Positions 20,142 through 29,983 are shown, counted from the first letter of the stretch. The stretch is 53,922 bases of DNA from a virus (IMGVR_UViG_3300027754_000008:1-53922), one strand, 5' to 3'. Made by a program: numbers and translations. The notes: generated by a model not told the origin, from the sequence alone.

Positions 20142-21914
20142 ATGATTGCACAACAACCACAGGGCGGCTTGGGTCAAGTCTCCCAGCCTCCACAGGCTAA
20201 ACCCGCCGCTTTACCGCAGGGAAAACCTGCGCAAAAAACAGATCAATCTGCTGATGCAGATCGAATTGCCGCTGAACAAATAACATCTCAGGACGAGCCG
20301 TTTGATGTCAACAGAGAGATTACGAACCTGAACAAGGGTCGTATGCAGTTGGATGCGCAAATTCAAAAGATGCAGGAGTCTTTAACCAAGCGCCAGACAT
20401 TGCCGTATGACCCACGTTTTATGGCGCTAGGTATTGGTTTGGGTTCTCCTACAAAGACTGGTCAATTTACTGAGTCTCTTAGCCAAGGCATGGGAAAGTT
20501 CCATGAAGCTACACTGGGTGAGAACGAGCGCCAGCAAGCTACGGATACGCAAAACCTTGACCTCTTAATGAAGCAACAACAGTTGCGTCAGAAGTTGGCT
20601 GGTTCTGCAATGCTCCAAAACTTGGGTGGCCCACAACCAGCGCCCATGCCATCACAAGGCGGTGCTCCGCTGGGTGGATTAGCCGTGCCTGCTAATGGCG
20701 GTACTCCTGACCTGTCAGCTATTCGTGCTGGTGCTCCTCCAATGGGTGGAATGCCTACGAGTCGCCCCGGTCTTCCAACGACCGTCACAGGCTTTGCACC
20801 AATTGGTCGCAGAGAACTTGTTGCTGGTCAACAGATCGGCGATCCAGACACAGAGAAGTTTTTGTTCAATCTTCAAAAAGCGGAAGTCGAACAAAAGAAA
20901 GCGGCAGATGCTGGCTTTACTGAAGTTACGATTCCAACAACAGATAAAAAAATTAGGGTTCGCACTGAAGTTGCGGACAAGTTTGATATTGTTGCAAAGC
21001 AAGCCGCACAAACAGGGGACGAACAACTTCTCATTCGTTTTATGGTTGAGAACAATATGATTCCTGCTATTGGAAGAAAAGTAAACGCGCAGGGTCAAGT
21101 CGAGTACAACAAACCACAAACTGCACAAGAGGAAGCCGCAAGCAAAGTTGGGATGGAAGAAACCCAACGTGAACGTGCAAAGGCTTCTGAACTTGAGGCT
21201 GGTGCTGTTTTGCAAAGAGGTCGTAACGCTCAGTACATAGAATCATTGGCTACTGATGTTCTTAGTTTGACGGATACCAACAAGAGAGCATTTGAATTGA
21301 TGCAGAACGCATCAGTTCGCGATTCTTTGTTCCGTGCTATTGAGCAAGGTGCATCAGCATCGGTCGGCCCTGTCGCAGTGTCGTTTAATTTGCCTATTCG
21401 TATTGCATTGCAGGGAAACAAAGAGTATCAGTTGACCAAAGACGACATTACCGCTTTGCAGTTGTTCCAACAAAAGCAGTCTGCAATTACGGCAGAGATG
21501 CGCAAGATGGCAAGAAGCCCCGGCGAGGGCGCGACCGACAGAGCCGAAGGTCAGTTGTACGCCGCTATTGGTTTACTGCCAAGCGACTCAGCCAAGGCTC
21601 TGGCGCTCAAGTCTGAAGCAATGATTCAATACGCTCGTTATAACGCACGCGCCGCAGAGTTGTTGTCTAAATTCCAAGAAGAGAATCCAAACAAATCTTA
21701 TACATACTTCTACCATAACGACCCACAGTTCAAAGAACTTCAAAAGAACTATATCTCTACGCTCAATCAGATGCGTGATAAAAATGCGGACACTTTACGG
21801 ACATCGCCAAAGGTTCCTGCGGCGTCTGCCACACCTGCGGGACAGTCTGGTGGTGAGCGCAAACCACCAAAGGGTTGGAAGAAAATGCCAGACGGTTCTT
21901 TTGAGAAAGAATAA
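20142..21914 (+). CDS. Putative internal virion / ejection protein
   Basis: 590-aa helical protein; PTKTGQFTESL and GEGATDRAE; position. Confidence 0.6.
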   Translation: MIAQQPQGGLGQVSQPPQAKPAALPQGKPAQKTDQSADADRIAAEQITSQDEPFDVNREITNLNKGRMQLDAQIQKMQESLTKRQTLPYDPRFMALGIGLGSPTKTGQFTESLSQGMGKFHEATLGENERQQATDTQNLDLLMKQQQLRQKLAGSAMLQNLGGPQPAPMPSQGGAPLGGLAVPANGGTPDLSAIRAGAPPMGGMPTSRPGLPTTVTGFAPIGRRELVAGQQIGDPDTEKFLFNLQKAEVEQKKAADAGFTEVTIPTTDKKIRVRTEVADKFDIVAKQAAQTGDEQLLIRFMVENNMIPAIGRKVNAQGQVEYNKPQTAQEEAASKVGMEETQRERAKASELEAGAVLQRGRNAQYIESLATDVLSLTDTNKRAFELMQNASVRDSLFRAIEQGASASVGPVAVSFNLPIRIALQGNKEYQLTKDDITALQLFQQKQSAITAEMRKMARSPGEGATDRAEGQLYAAIGLLPSDSAKALALKSEAMIQYARYNARAAELLSKFQEENPNKSYTYFYHNDPQFKELQKNYISTLNQMRDKNADTLRTSPKVPAASATPAGQSGGERKPPKGWKKMPDGSFEKE

Positions 21915-21916
21915 CC

Positions 21917-23836
21917 ATGCCAACAGTTGCTGAGTTCAACAATAACCCCGGCAATATCAAGCCCCCACCCGGCATGACCTACAAGGGTCAAATCGGCATT
22001 GATGACCGAGGTTTTGCTATTTTTCAAAATGCCGCTGACGGTCGCAATGCGCTAATCCATGACATACAAGTCAAGCAAAAGAACGGGATTAACACCCCTC
22101 AATCTTTTATTGACAGGTACGCTCCAGCGGGCGCAGAAAATCCAGAAGAAGGTCGTGACAACTACAAAGTTGGAATGGCTGGACATCTTGGCTTAAAAAG
22201 CACAAAAGACCCTTTCCCAGAAGGTTCAGCAGAAAAGATTGCTGACTTTATTACGTCGTTTGAAAGCGGAAAGCAAGCAGGGCAAACGGAGCAACAAGCT
22301 AACCCTAACAACCCATTTGCAGGCGGTGTACCCCTTGCAGATAAAGCGCGTGAGGCTTCAACAACTGAAGGCACAACAAATACTACGCCAACGGCTCAAG
22401 ACTTTGTAAACCCAGCAGTGGTGGCGGGTGCTGGCGCTTTAGTTTCTGGGGTAGGTCAACTTGGTTCTCAGCCAGAGTATTTTGGCACCCCTCCCGATAT
22501 AAACGAAATTAAAGAGTCCGCAAGAAGCAAAATTACTGCTTTAGAAGAGTCTGGCAATAAAACAATTGCCGCTTTACAGGAAGCGGAAGATAAGGCTCTT
22601 AGACGGCATCAAATTGCGGCTGACCGTTTGCAAACGCGAATGACCAACCCTTCCCCAATTGCGGGAGGTCAAACACTTGCCGAACTTGAACAAGAATTTA
22701 AAATATCTCAATATGCTCTACAAAGCGCAGATAGAGAATTAAAAGCCCGTATAGCCGAGCAAAAGGCTAAGGTGTCACCCACCCCTGCGGCGACTACACA
22801 AAACGTCCTACAGACTGGTTCTATGGCTTCTGCGACCCCTCAGATCATTACTGACCTCAATGCTCCAGTGTCACGCACGGCAACTGAGCAGATGATGCAG
22901 GGAACCATTGACCCTGAAACTGGGACAACTGGCCGCCAACGTATGAATTTTAACGAGGTCTCATCGTTTCAAAAGTTGCAACGTGAAAATCAAGAAAAAG
23001 CACTTTTAGAAGCATCAAAATCTGGTGTAGTTCCTGATTCTGGACAACGCGCAAGGTTGGCTTTTGGTATGCCCGATGCAACTCCTTCGGGAATTATTGT
23101 TCAGCCAGAGGTTGCCGCGCCGCTTAAACAGCAGGCAGAACTTGAGCAACGCATGGTTGATGACAAAGCCGCGCAAGAGCGTTTAGCCCAGCAAAATGAA
23201 ATGGATCGCCTTAAAGAAGAGCGTGCATTGGCGGCACAACGTCAAAGCCAAGCGCAATCCGCTTTAACCAAAGCACAAAATGCCCAGACTACTGGTGTAT
23301 CACGCGCTCAGACTGCGGCAGAAACAGCAGAAGATCGTGCGCTTGCGGCGCGACAAGATTTGGAAAGCGGAAGACAAACCGCACAACAAAACCTTAATGA
23401 AAGTGGCGCTAAGGTAAGTGCTCAAGCAAAAGCCGATATAAAAGCGGCTAAGGCGGCACCCAGTGGCGTTGGTCGATATTTGGCAAACACTGGTGTTGCA
23501 GTTGGTAAGACAGGTCTTTTGAATCCTGTTGGTCGTACAACAATAGGTGGAATTGGTGGATTGCAGGCGGCTAGAGGTATCAATGAACTAGCCAATATGC
23601 CAATCGAAGAACTTATCAAACGCTACCAAGCTGGTGAGCGCAGTCCTGAGTTGCTTGCGGCTATCCAACAAGCGGCTGGTGCTACTGCTCAAACTGGTTT
23701 TGGTGCGGCGGCTACGGTGCCAGTGGTTGGCCCTAAAACCGCAAAGATTAAAGGTGCTGGCGCTCTTGGAACATTAGGAATGGGTCTTTATGAAGGCTAT
23801 AAAGCGTTCACCGAACCTAATAAAGTTACGCCATAA
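21917..23836 (+). CDS. Putative ejection protein with N-terminal NNPGNI (lysozyme-like virion) domain
   Basis: NNNPGNIK...GFAIF...GRNAL...FIDRYAP...EN; coiled coils; hydrophobic C-terminus. Confidence 0.65.
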   Translation: MPTVAEFNNNPGNIKPPPGMTYKGQIGIDDRGFAIFQNAADGRNALIHDIQVKQKNGINTPQSFIDRYAPAGAENPEEGRDNYKVGMAGHLGLKSTKDPFPEGSAEKIADFITSFESGKQAGQTEQQANPNNPFAGGVPLADKAREASTTEGTTNTTPTAQDFVNPAVVAGAGALVSGVGQLGSQPEYFGTPPDINEIKESARSKITALEESGNKTIAALQEAEDKALRRHQIAADRLQTRMTNPSPIAGGQTLAELEQEFKISQYALQSADRELKARIAEQKAKVSPTPAATTQNVLQTGSMASATPQIITDLNAPVSRTATEQMMQGTIDPETGTTGRQRMNFNEVSSFQKLQRENQEKALLEASKSGVVPDSGQRARLAFGMPDATPSGIIVQPEVAAPLKQQAELEQRMVDDKAAQERLAQQNEMDRLKEERALAAQRQSQAQSALTKAQNAQTTGVSRAQTAAETAEDRALAARQDLESGRQTAQQNLNESGAKVSAQAKADIKAAKAAPSGVGRYLANTGVAVGKTGLLNPVGRTTIGGIGGLQAARGINELANMPIEELIKRYQAGERSPELLAAIQQAAGATAQTGFGAAATVPVVGPKTAKIKGAGALGTLGMGLYEGYKAFTEPNKVTP

Positions 23837-23869
23837 TTGCCATTGAGGAGCAGTTGCCACTCTCCTTTT

Positions 23870-23896
23870 AGCCCCCCTAAAATGGGGGCTTTTTTT
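23870..23896 (+). terminator. Rho-independent terminator between convergent operons
   Basis: AGCCCCC-N7-GGGGGCT followed by a T-run. Confidence 0.8.
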
Positions 23897-24077
23897 ATGC
23901 TGAACCACCAGTGTTGTAGAGCAACAATTGGGTTTGAAAGAAACTCTCACGAGCCTCTTCAAACCCGTCGTCATAACCTTTTTCGTAAGCCTCTTGCAAG
24001 GCTTTTAGAATTTCGGTTTCTGATTGTGCAAAGCCTTCCCAACTTCTGGGTTCATCTCGCTTACGATCTGTACGCAT
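23895..24077 (-). CDS. Hypothetical protein
   Basis: 60-aa ORF (AYEKGYDDG) closing the leftward operon. Confidence 0.5.
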   Translation of the reverse strand: MRTDRKRDEPRSWEGFAQSETEILKALQEAYEKGYDDGFEEARESFFQTQLLLYNTGGSA

Positions 24078-24229
24078 CTTAGGTGCTCCCTCATTGCAAT
24101 CGTAGGCGTTACATACAATTCAATTTTATTGGCAAACTGAATAATGTCTAATTCCTCTGCATAGATTGCGTTTGGCAATTTATCGTCGCAGTAAAAATAA
24201 ACTTGTTTGATTTCTTCTTCACTTAACAT
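24005..24229 (-). CDS. Hypothetical protein
   Basis: 74-aa ORF with GAGG RBS. Confidence 0.6.
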   Translation of the reverse strand: MLSEEEIKQVYFYCDDKLPNAIYAEELDIIQFANKIELYVTPTIAMREHLRCVQIVSEMNPEVGKALHNQKPKF

Positions 24230-24236
24230 TGATACC

Positions 24237-25013
24237 TCATTGATGTTGATTTTTAAGTTGCCAGAAAGATAGCAGGTGCATAAACATATCGAACCCGCGA
24301 CTCAAGTCCTCGGCTGACCATTCTTTGACGACGACCAGCCCCTCTACGTTGCGGGACACAAACACATTCGCACACCGTGCATGGGGAATGCCTAAACCAA
24401 CTCGATATGCAGAGAGTTGCATAAGGTGTTCGTCATAGGCGTCGACCTTTGCGGGGTCGGTAAACTCTTTAGTTTTAATGTCAATGACGGCGTTAAGGGT
24501 GCCAGCGCAAAATAGATCGCACTTACCTCCAAAACCCGCCTCGTGTGCAAATGATCTTTCGGAAATCCAAACGGCTTCTCCAAAGTGCTCAGTGATTGCT
24601 TTGACACAGGCTGTAACACTCTCTTGGTGTCTTCCTGTAGGGGTATCTTCATAATGTCCTTGAATCGATGCATGGATAGCAGTTCCCGCATCCGCCGCAG
24701 AACGACCCTGTTCTTTGGAATCGTTGATGATTCGGTCGATGTATTCCTTTTCAGGCTCGTCTGGGCGGCGGGGAAGGGTTAGCGCGGCAAACAGAACTTG
24801 TTGTTGCATCCAAGCCAGCAAAGCGGGTTTAGCGGCGACATTGAGCACCGTCGTGACCGAGGGTACCAAGTTCATCTTGCGTGCGTCACGCAGGGTTGTA
24901 TTGCGTTGACCGCCCTTAGCGGCTTCAACGGTGTATTGTGGAGCACCCTCGCGGGTGTACCAATGGTTAGACTCACTAGCCCGTGGTGTTGATACTGTTA
25001 GCGTCATTGACAA
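24237..25013 (-). CDS. PD-(D/E)XK exonuclease (phage recombination type)
   Basis: PSVTTVL, GTAIH, E...GGKCD...IDIKT, QLSAY. Confidence 0.85.
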   Translation of the reverse strand: MSMTLTVSTPRASESNHWYTREGAPQYTVEAAKGGQRNTTLRDARKMNLVPSVTTVLNVAAKPALLAWMQQQVLFAALTLPRRPDEPEKEYIDRIINDSKEQGRSAADAGTAIHASIQGHYEDTPTGRHQESVTACVKAITEHFGEAVWISERSFAHEAGFGGKCDLFCAGTLNAVIDIKTKEFTDPAKVDAYDEHLMQLSAYRVGLGIPHARCANVFVSRNVEGLVVVKEWSAEDLSRGFDMFMHLLSFWQLKNQHQ

Positions 25014-25022
25014 TCTTCCGTT

Positions 25023-25667
25023 CTAAAAGGGAATGTCAGAATCTATGTCATCAAAACCAGAACTTGGTGCTTGCTTTGGTGTGGGCAGTATTTTCTTGTT
25101 CCACTCAGGAGTAGATTGAATCTTCTCTTTAATTTTGTTTCCAAAGGTCTCAAACAATGCCATGTCTGGATTCTCTAAATCAAAAATCTTCAACTCGTTA
25201 TGACCCTCTGGCAAACCAGCTTTTTTGATCTGTGAGGACACTGGGTTGATGCTAGAGATGTTGGTGTACTCGTTGCCGTCGTTACCCTGCTCTTTGACAA
25301 CAGACAACATAGCCCAAACACCCAATACATTTTTGAGTTGGAACCCTTTGAGTTCGTCGGCAGTAAATGCGCGTGAACGCCAGTTCTCAAGTTCTTGTCT
25401 AAGAATCGCATTCTCACCAAGGCTGGCGGTGAAGTTCTTGCTGATAGACATTGGCTCACCCTTGTCGGTCACAATTGAATTGCCATCAGCATCCTCGCTG
25501 TGAACCTCAAACTGCAACATAACTTTTGGCTGTTGCTTGGTCTGACCTTTCCAAGTGGTGGATTGCGTACCCATGTCGACAATACGATAGCACCGTGCTA
25601 GGTGCATACCAGACGGTACGGGTTTGAAGGTGGATGACCCACCAGATGCTTTCACTGTTAATCCCAT
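25023..25667 (-). CDS. Single-stranded DNA binding / replication protein
   Basis: PSGMHLARCYRIVDMGTQ OB-like N-terminus; acidic tip DDIDSDIPF. Confidence 0.75.
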   Translation of the reverse strand: MGLTVKASGGSSTFKPVPSGMHLARCYRIVDMGTQSTTWKGQTKQQPKVMLQFEVHSEDADGNSIVTDKGEPMSISKNFTASLGENAILRQELENWRSRAFTADELKGFQLKNVLGVWAMLSVVKEQGNDGNEYTNISSINPVSSQIKKAGLPEGHNELKIFDLENPDMALFETFGNKIKEKIQSTPEWNKKILPTPKQAPSSGFDDIDSDIPF

Positions 25668-25846
25668 TATTCGCTCCTTGAAATTGAAATGGTTTGTAGT
25701 TTCACTGTTTGCGTTTTAGGCACTCCGCATTCACTGCGGATGATGTCCCAATCAGCCCCTGTAGCAACACCCGCCTCAGCCCTTGTTAGGGCATCTTCGA
25801 GCATTTGCACTCTTTCAAGCATTGCTTGTTTGTATTCGCTGTTCAT
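25667..25846 (-). CDS. Hypothetical protein, first gene of the leftward operon
   Basis: MNSEYKQ...; coupled to the SSB gene. Confidence 0.55.
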   Translation of the reverse strand: MNSEYKQAMLERVQMLEDALTRAEAGVATGADWDIIRSECGVPKTQTVKLQTISISRSE

Positions 25847-25861
25847 ATTTGTTCGCTTTCG

Positions 25862-25965
25862 AGTTAAACACACCGCACTGTACCATGTTTAACTTGATCG
25901 TACAATACTACTTGCACAAATATTTTTTTGGTGTAAGATGACGTTAACTTAACAAAAGGAGTTAC
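25862..25965. promoter_or_regulatory. Divergent promoter region
   Basis: AT-rich gap between divergent operons; TTGCAC-N17-TAAGAT rightward; AAGGAG RBS. Confidence 0.6.
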
Positions 25966-26178
25966 ATGACATTAACCGAATACTTCAACGATAAACCAAG
26001 GGGTGCCAAGGTCGCGTTAGCCAAGACTCTAGGCATCAGCAAAACATGGCTATCACTCATCATCAGTGGGCGACACCTGCCTAGCCCTGAACTGGCTCGC
26101 GACATCGAAGCGAATACTGGCAGAAAAGTGAAGAGGGCTGATCTCAGACCCGACATATTTGGAAAGACAGCGAAATGA
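25966..26178 (+). CDS. Cro/YdaS-like HTH regulator
   Basis: LAKTLGISKTWLSLIISG...PS....IEANT...V.RADLRPD. Confidence 0.85.
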   Translation: MTLTEYFNDKPRGAKVALAKTLGISKTWLSLIISGRHLPSPELARDIEANTGRKVKRADLRPDIFGKTAK

Positions 26179-26990
26179 TTTGGTACAAATTCCACATTGG
26201 CGATTACATCTCACACACTATGCATTTAGACGATGCCGAGGACTTGGCGTATCGACGACTGTTGGATTGGTATTACATGAGCGAGAAACCTTTGCCATTG
26301 GACGTGGCATTGGTTGCTCGCCGCATTAGGTTGGACGAGGAAGTTATTGAACCTGTTTTAAAAGAGTTTTTTGTAAAGACTGAGGAAGGCTATCGCCACC
26401 TTCGTTGTGATGTGGAAATTACCAACTACAACATTCGCGCAGAAACCTCAAGAAGAGTTGGAAAACTGGGCGGGAAAAAGAAGCAGGCACCCTCCGAGGT
26501 AACCCACGAGGTACCCTATGAGGTACCCCAGCAGGGTTCGGATGAATCGTTAGGTATTACCGAACCCTCGAAGGTACCTCGAAGCCCCCCTAAACAGAAC
26601 AGAACAGATACAGAACAGAACATAACTTTAGATGCTAACGCATCTATGTCGGGAACTTCGTTCCCTCCTTGTCCCCACAAAGAGTTATTGAAACTCTATC
26701 AAAAACATTTGCCCCACCTAACGCAACCAAGGTTGTGGGAAGGCTCTAGGATGACCACCATGCGTTCAAGATGGGTTCAGGCTAGTAAACCATCAGAATA
26801 CTCGCCAAAGGGCTACAACAGCCTTGTAGACGGCTTGGCGTGGTGGGATTCGTTCTTTGGCTACATCGCTGGCGACACAAGCCTTGCAAAAGGTTTCGAG
26901 ACTAAAGGTAGGAATTGGCAACCAGACTTGGTTTGGATTATCAATCCAACTAACTTTGCAAAAATTATTGATGGGAAATATTCAAAATGA
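26175..26990 (+). CDS. Replication initiator, YdaU/DUF1376 family
   Basis: WYKFHIGDY..HT.HL...EDLAYRRLLDWYY N-terminus; W.PDL.WI...NFAKIIDGKY C-terminus; internal iterons. Confidence 0.85.
   Translation: MIWYKFHIGDYISHTMHLDDAEDLAYRRLLDWYYMSEKPLPLDVALVARRIRLDEEVIEPVLKEFFVKTEEGYRHLRCDVEITNYNIRAETSRRVGKLGGKKKQAPSEVTHEVPYEVPQQGSDESLGITEPSKVPRSPPKQNRTDTEQNITLDANASMSGTSFPPCPHKELLKLYQKHLPHLTQPRLWEGSRMTTMRSRWVQASKPSEYSPKGYNSLVDGLAWWDSFFGYIAGDTSLAKGFETKGRNWQPDLVWIINPTNFAKIIDGKYSK
26496..26581. repeat. Iteron-like repeats, probable replication origin
   Basis: GAGGTA(A)CCC at a 12-bp period (26496, 26508, 26520); inverted pair AGGGTTCGG / CCGAACCCT; further GGTACC. Confidence 0.7.
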
Positions 26991-27181
26991 CATTTGCTAA
27001 ACCAGACAAAAAGAGCGACGACTTTGATGATGACTCCAAAAGGTACTGCTCGTACCCCGGCTGTCAAAACCTTTGGTCGGTCAGGATAGACAGGCAGTTA
27101 TGCAGTCGCCATGCTTGGGGTGACAACCAACCCAAACGACCGATTCCCCAAAACTACTACGAAAAAGATACGGATTTTTGA
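26987..27181 (+). CDS. Small Cys/His zinc-binding protein
   Basis: CSYPGC...LCSRH; ATGA coupling. Confidence 0.6.
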   Translation: MTFAKPDKKSDDFDDDSKRYCSYPGCQNLWSVRIDRQLCSRHAWGDNQPKRPIPQNYYEKDTDF

Positions 27182-27286
27182 TGAACTTTTTTGATGCAAA
27201 GAAACTGCTGGATGAAGTGAAGGAGGGGATACAACACCCCCTTCACAAGATCACTCTGGCTTTACAACTAACTGGCGACTTAGACT

Positions 27287-27529
27287 TTGAATGAGAAGAA
27301 AGAAGGTGAAGGAGTCGATGAACATCGCCACCGTTGTCTCGTTCGATGGGTCATCGCAAAGCGCATCCAAGATCGTGCTGGTGCAATCGAGTGGCTTAAC
27401 GGTTACCGTGACCACAATGGGAAGAATCACAGAGGATGGAACGACATTCATCCCAACTCTCGACTTGAGGCGGATGTTAAGGATCAATGGAACAAAGGTA
27501 ACAGAGGAAATGAAGGCGAATGGAAATGA
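27287..27529 (+). CDS. Conserved hypothetical phage protein
   Basis: DEHRHRCLVR...QWNKGNRG. Confidence 0.6.
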   Translation: MNEKKEGEGVDEHRHRCLVRWVIAKRIQDRAGAIEWLNGYRDHNGKNHRGWNDIHPNSRLEADVKDQWNKGNRGNEGEWK

Positions 27530-27873
27530 TTGAAATCACACTACCTTGGCCTCCCTCGGTCAACACATACTGGCGTAACTTTGACGGTCGCATGATCATC
27601 AGCGCAAGAGGGCGCGAGTACCGTGAGACTGTTGGTGACCAGATGACATTGCAAAAGATGGTGAAGCATTTCAAGGGTCAACTCAAGGTTGAGATTGAAG
27701 CATTCAGACCAGACAAACGACGCAGGGATTTAGACAACCTGCTGAAAGCAACGCTAGACGGATTGGCTCACGCTGGCGTGTATGAGGATGATTCACAGAT
27801 TGTTGACTTGCACATCTACTGGGCAAAAGACATTGGTGGAATGTTAAAAATTAAAATTGAGGAACTACTATGA
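27520..27873 (+). CDS. rusA: RusA Holliday junction resolvase
   Basis: LPWPPSVN, PDKRRRDLDNLLK..LDGL, DDSQI. Confidence 0.93.
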   Translation: MEMIEITLPWPPSVNTYWRNFDGRMIISARGREYRETVGDQMTLQKMVKHFKGQLKVEIEAFRPDKRRRDLDNLLKATLDGLAHAGVYEDDSQIVDLHIYWAKDIGGMLKIKIEELL

Positions 27874-28154
27874 CCGCATATGCTTTTCGTTTTGTTAATG
27901 AAGCTGAAGAACCAACTGGTTACTACGGTTTTGCATTTGGTAAAAATAAATATGATTTGTTTTGGCAGATTGATGAACATGGCGATCCTTACAGCGTGCA
28001 AGTCAGAACCATAGACCGAGGCAGTGTTTGTTTTTTAATTGAAAACGATGAATTAACTAAACATGAAATTGAGGCTGACTACATTGAATTTGGAACTTGG
28101 AAGAGACCTAATTGGGATGCTCTTAAATTTTCTAAAACAGAGGCTAATGCATGA
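27870..28154 (+). CDS. Hypothetical protein
   Basis: 94-aa ATGA-coupled ORF. Confidence 0.6.
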   Translation: MTAYAFRFVNEAEEPTGYYGFAFGKNKYDLFWQIDEHGDPYSVQVRTIDRGSVCFLIENDELTKHEIEADYIEFGTWKRPNWDALKFSKTEANA

Positions 28155-28309
28155 AAGATGAACCAAAACTAATCGACATCTTTGCGATGTTGGCTTTACA
28201 CGCAATTTTGCGTAACGCTGATGAAGGTGTTTTTCCGCATGATATTGCGCGTGCATCGTATGACTTTGCAGAAGCAATGATGGAGGAAAGAGAGGAGCGT
28301 AATGCATGA
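28151..28309 (+). CDS. Small phage protein (not in the ORF track)
   Basis: MKDEPKLIDIFAMLAL...IARASYDFAEAMM; ATGA-coupled. Confidence 0.6.
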   Translation: MKDEPKLIDIFAMLALHAILRNADEGVFPHDIARASYDFAEAMMEEREERNA

Positions 28310-28414
28310 AATTTGGAACATCATGTTGTTGGTGTTTACATTGACTGGCGCACTGTGTTGGTTATGCATGGCGGTGCTGATATTTTTTATTTCATTAAGC
28401 GATAAAAGGAGCGA

Positions 28415-28750
28415 ATGATGAGCGAAGAGAGAGACCCACACAAAGCAGTTGATTACATCTTGAAACACGCCGCGCTGTTTGCAAAAGCGAAGGCAGAGCG
28501 CACCTACATCGAGCACTATCGTAAGAGTTTGAAGGGAATACTCATGAAGCGGTCAATGGAGACTGCAATCGGTGCGCAGGAACGCGAAGCCTACGCACAC
28601 TCAGAAATGATTGCACTGCTAGAAGGTTTAAAGGCGGCTACCGAAATTGAGGAGCGCCTCAAATGGGACATCACAGCGGCTACTTTACGCGTGGAAATAT
28701 GGCGAACAGAACAAGCGAATAACAGAGCAGAAGGGAAGGCAACATTATGA
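28415..28750 (+). CDS. Helical conserved phage protein
   Basis: 111 aa; QEREAYAH...WRTEQANNR; AAGGAG RBS. Confidence 0.65.
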   Translation: MMSEERDPHKAVDYILKHAALFAKAKAERTYIEHYRKSLKGILMKRSMETAIGAQEREAYAHSEMIALLEGLKAATEIEERLKWDITAATLRVEIWRTEQANNRAEGKATL

Positions 28751-28956
28751 GAACAGAAGAAGACGAAGCATTCGAGGAGTTAGAGCAAGCACTTGGATGG
28801 CGTAAGCGCCAGATTGTCCAGCGTCAACTTAGCGTTGAAGAAAACATGGCTCGCAACGAGGTACTTGAAGAGATAGCCACGGTGTTTGACAAGATGAAAT
28901 CCTCTGGCGATACAGCCGCATCCTTCGCGTCCTACGTCAGGGGGATGAAACAATGA
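28747..28956 (+). CDS. Hypothetical protein
   Basis: 69-aa coupled ORF. Confidence 0.55.
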   Translation: MRTEEDEAFEELEQALGWRKRQIVQRQLSVEENMARNEVLEEIATVFDKMKSSGDTAASFASYVRGMKQ

Positions 28957-29095
28957 CCGACAAACAAAAAACTTGTCAGGTGTGCCGCCTGCGACCAGCA
29001 GACAAGCAGGTGCAAACCAGCAAGGGCGCTCCGCAGTGGCGATGCCAGACCTGCCACGACTTGAAGAATCGTGCAGGATTTACAAAGGGGAAACA

Positions 29096-29248
29096 ATGAA
29101 AGACGACGACGACATTCAAGAATATGTTAGACCTTGGAAGGGGTTAACAGAGGATGAAGTATTTGCACTTAGCAACACAATGCCCTACGCAAATCGTTTT
29201 GAATTTGCCAAAGCCATTGAAGCCAAGCTGAAGGAGAAAAACACTTGA
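29096..29248 (+). CDS. Small protein with WxGLTxxE...AIEAKLKEKN module
   Basis: AAGGGG RBS before ATG 29096. Confidence 0.55.
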   Translation: MKDDDDIQEYVRPWKGLTEDEVFALSNTMPYANRFEFAKAIEAKLKEKNT

Positions 29249-29544
29249 CCACCCTCAAAGAAAAAAAACATATGAATGCGGTGGCTGAACTAGGTTGTGC
29301 CGTTTGTCGTCGCATGGGGTATGCAGGCACCCCAGCAGAACTACACCACCCAAGGCGTCTTGCAGGCGGCTGGGGACGTTCTAGCCACATGAGTGTCATA
29401 CCACTATGCCCAGAGCACCACAGAGGCTCTACGGGCTTGCATGGGCTTGGCACAAAGGGTTTCCCTAAGCACTGGGGCTACACAGAGGAAGACTTGCTCA
29501 AAGATACCCTTGAACTACTGGGTGTTGCAGAAGAACAACATTAG
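29245..29544 (+). CDS. Ref-like (recombination enhancement) HNH/Zn nuclease
   Basis: CAVC...ELHH...IPLCPEHHR...HG. Confidence 0.75.
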   Translation: MTTLKEKKHMNAVAELGCAVCRRMGYAGTPAELHHPRRLAGGWGRSSHMSVIPLCPEHHRGSTGLHGLGTKGFPKHWGYTEEDLLKDTLELLGVAEEQH

Positions 29545-29651
29545 GGTATGTCCTAATAAAATAATTGTTGACCATGTTTAATTTGGAGTTACACTTCATC
29601 CATCGACACAGCAATAACGCACAGTCGATACAGCGAATAGGAAACAGCGAA
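29541..29651 (+). promoter_or_regulatory. Early promoter-leader module 1
   Basis: TTAGGGTATGTCCTAA, AT tract, TTGACC-N16-TACACT, hairpin, ACAGCGAA x2, ATG. Confidence 0.7.
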
Positions 29652-29942
29652 ATGACTACTACCACAGCACTCAAGATCGTAGACCAACTCGGTTTGATCG
29701 AAGACCAAATTGCCGCTTTGCAAGAGCAGGCAGAAGACTTTAAGAACCAACTTAAAATTTTGGGCAAAGGTTCATACGCTGGCACTCTGTATGTGACCAC
29801 CATCAAGCACACTCCAGAAAAGAAAACAACAGCATGGTCTGCTGTTGCCAAAGAGTTGAACGCTCCCGCCGACCTGATTGCCAAGCACACCAAGGTCACT
29901 TACGACATCCTCTCAGCCACCACTGAGCAATTGTCAAACTAA
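29652..29942 (+). CDS. Hypothetical protein (coiled-coil N-terminus)
   Basis: Start immediately after the conserved leader. Confidence 0.65.
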   Translation: MTTTTALKIVDQLGLIEDQIAALQEQAEDFKNQLKILGKGSYAGTLYVTTIKHTPEKKTTAWSAVAKELNAPADLIAKHTKVTYDILSATTEQLSN

Positions 29943-29983
29943 ACCCAACGCCCCTTCGGGGGCATACAGCGAAGGAGAAAATC

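Noticed and set aside
29950-29963. UUCG hairpin as a terminator
   Set aside because: There is no U-tract after GCCCC-TTCG-GGGGC, so it is more likely a stabilising leader hairpin before ACAGCGAA
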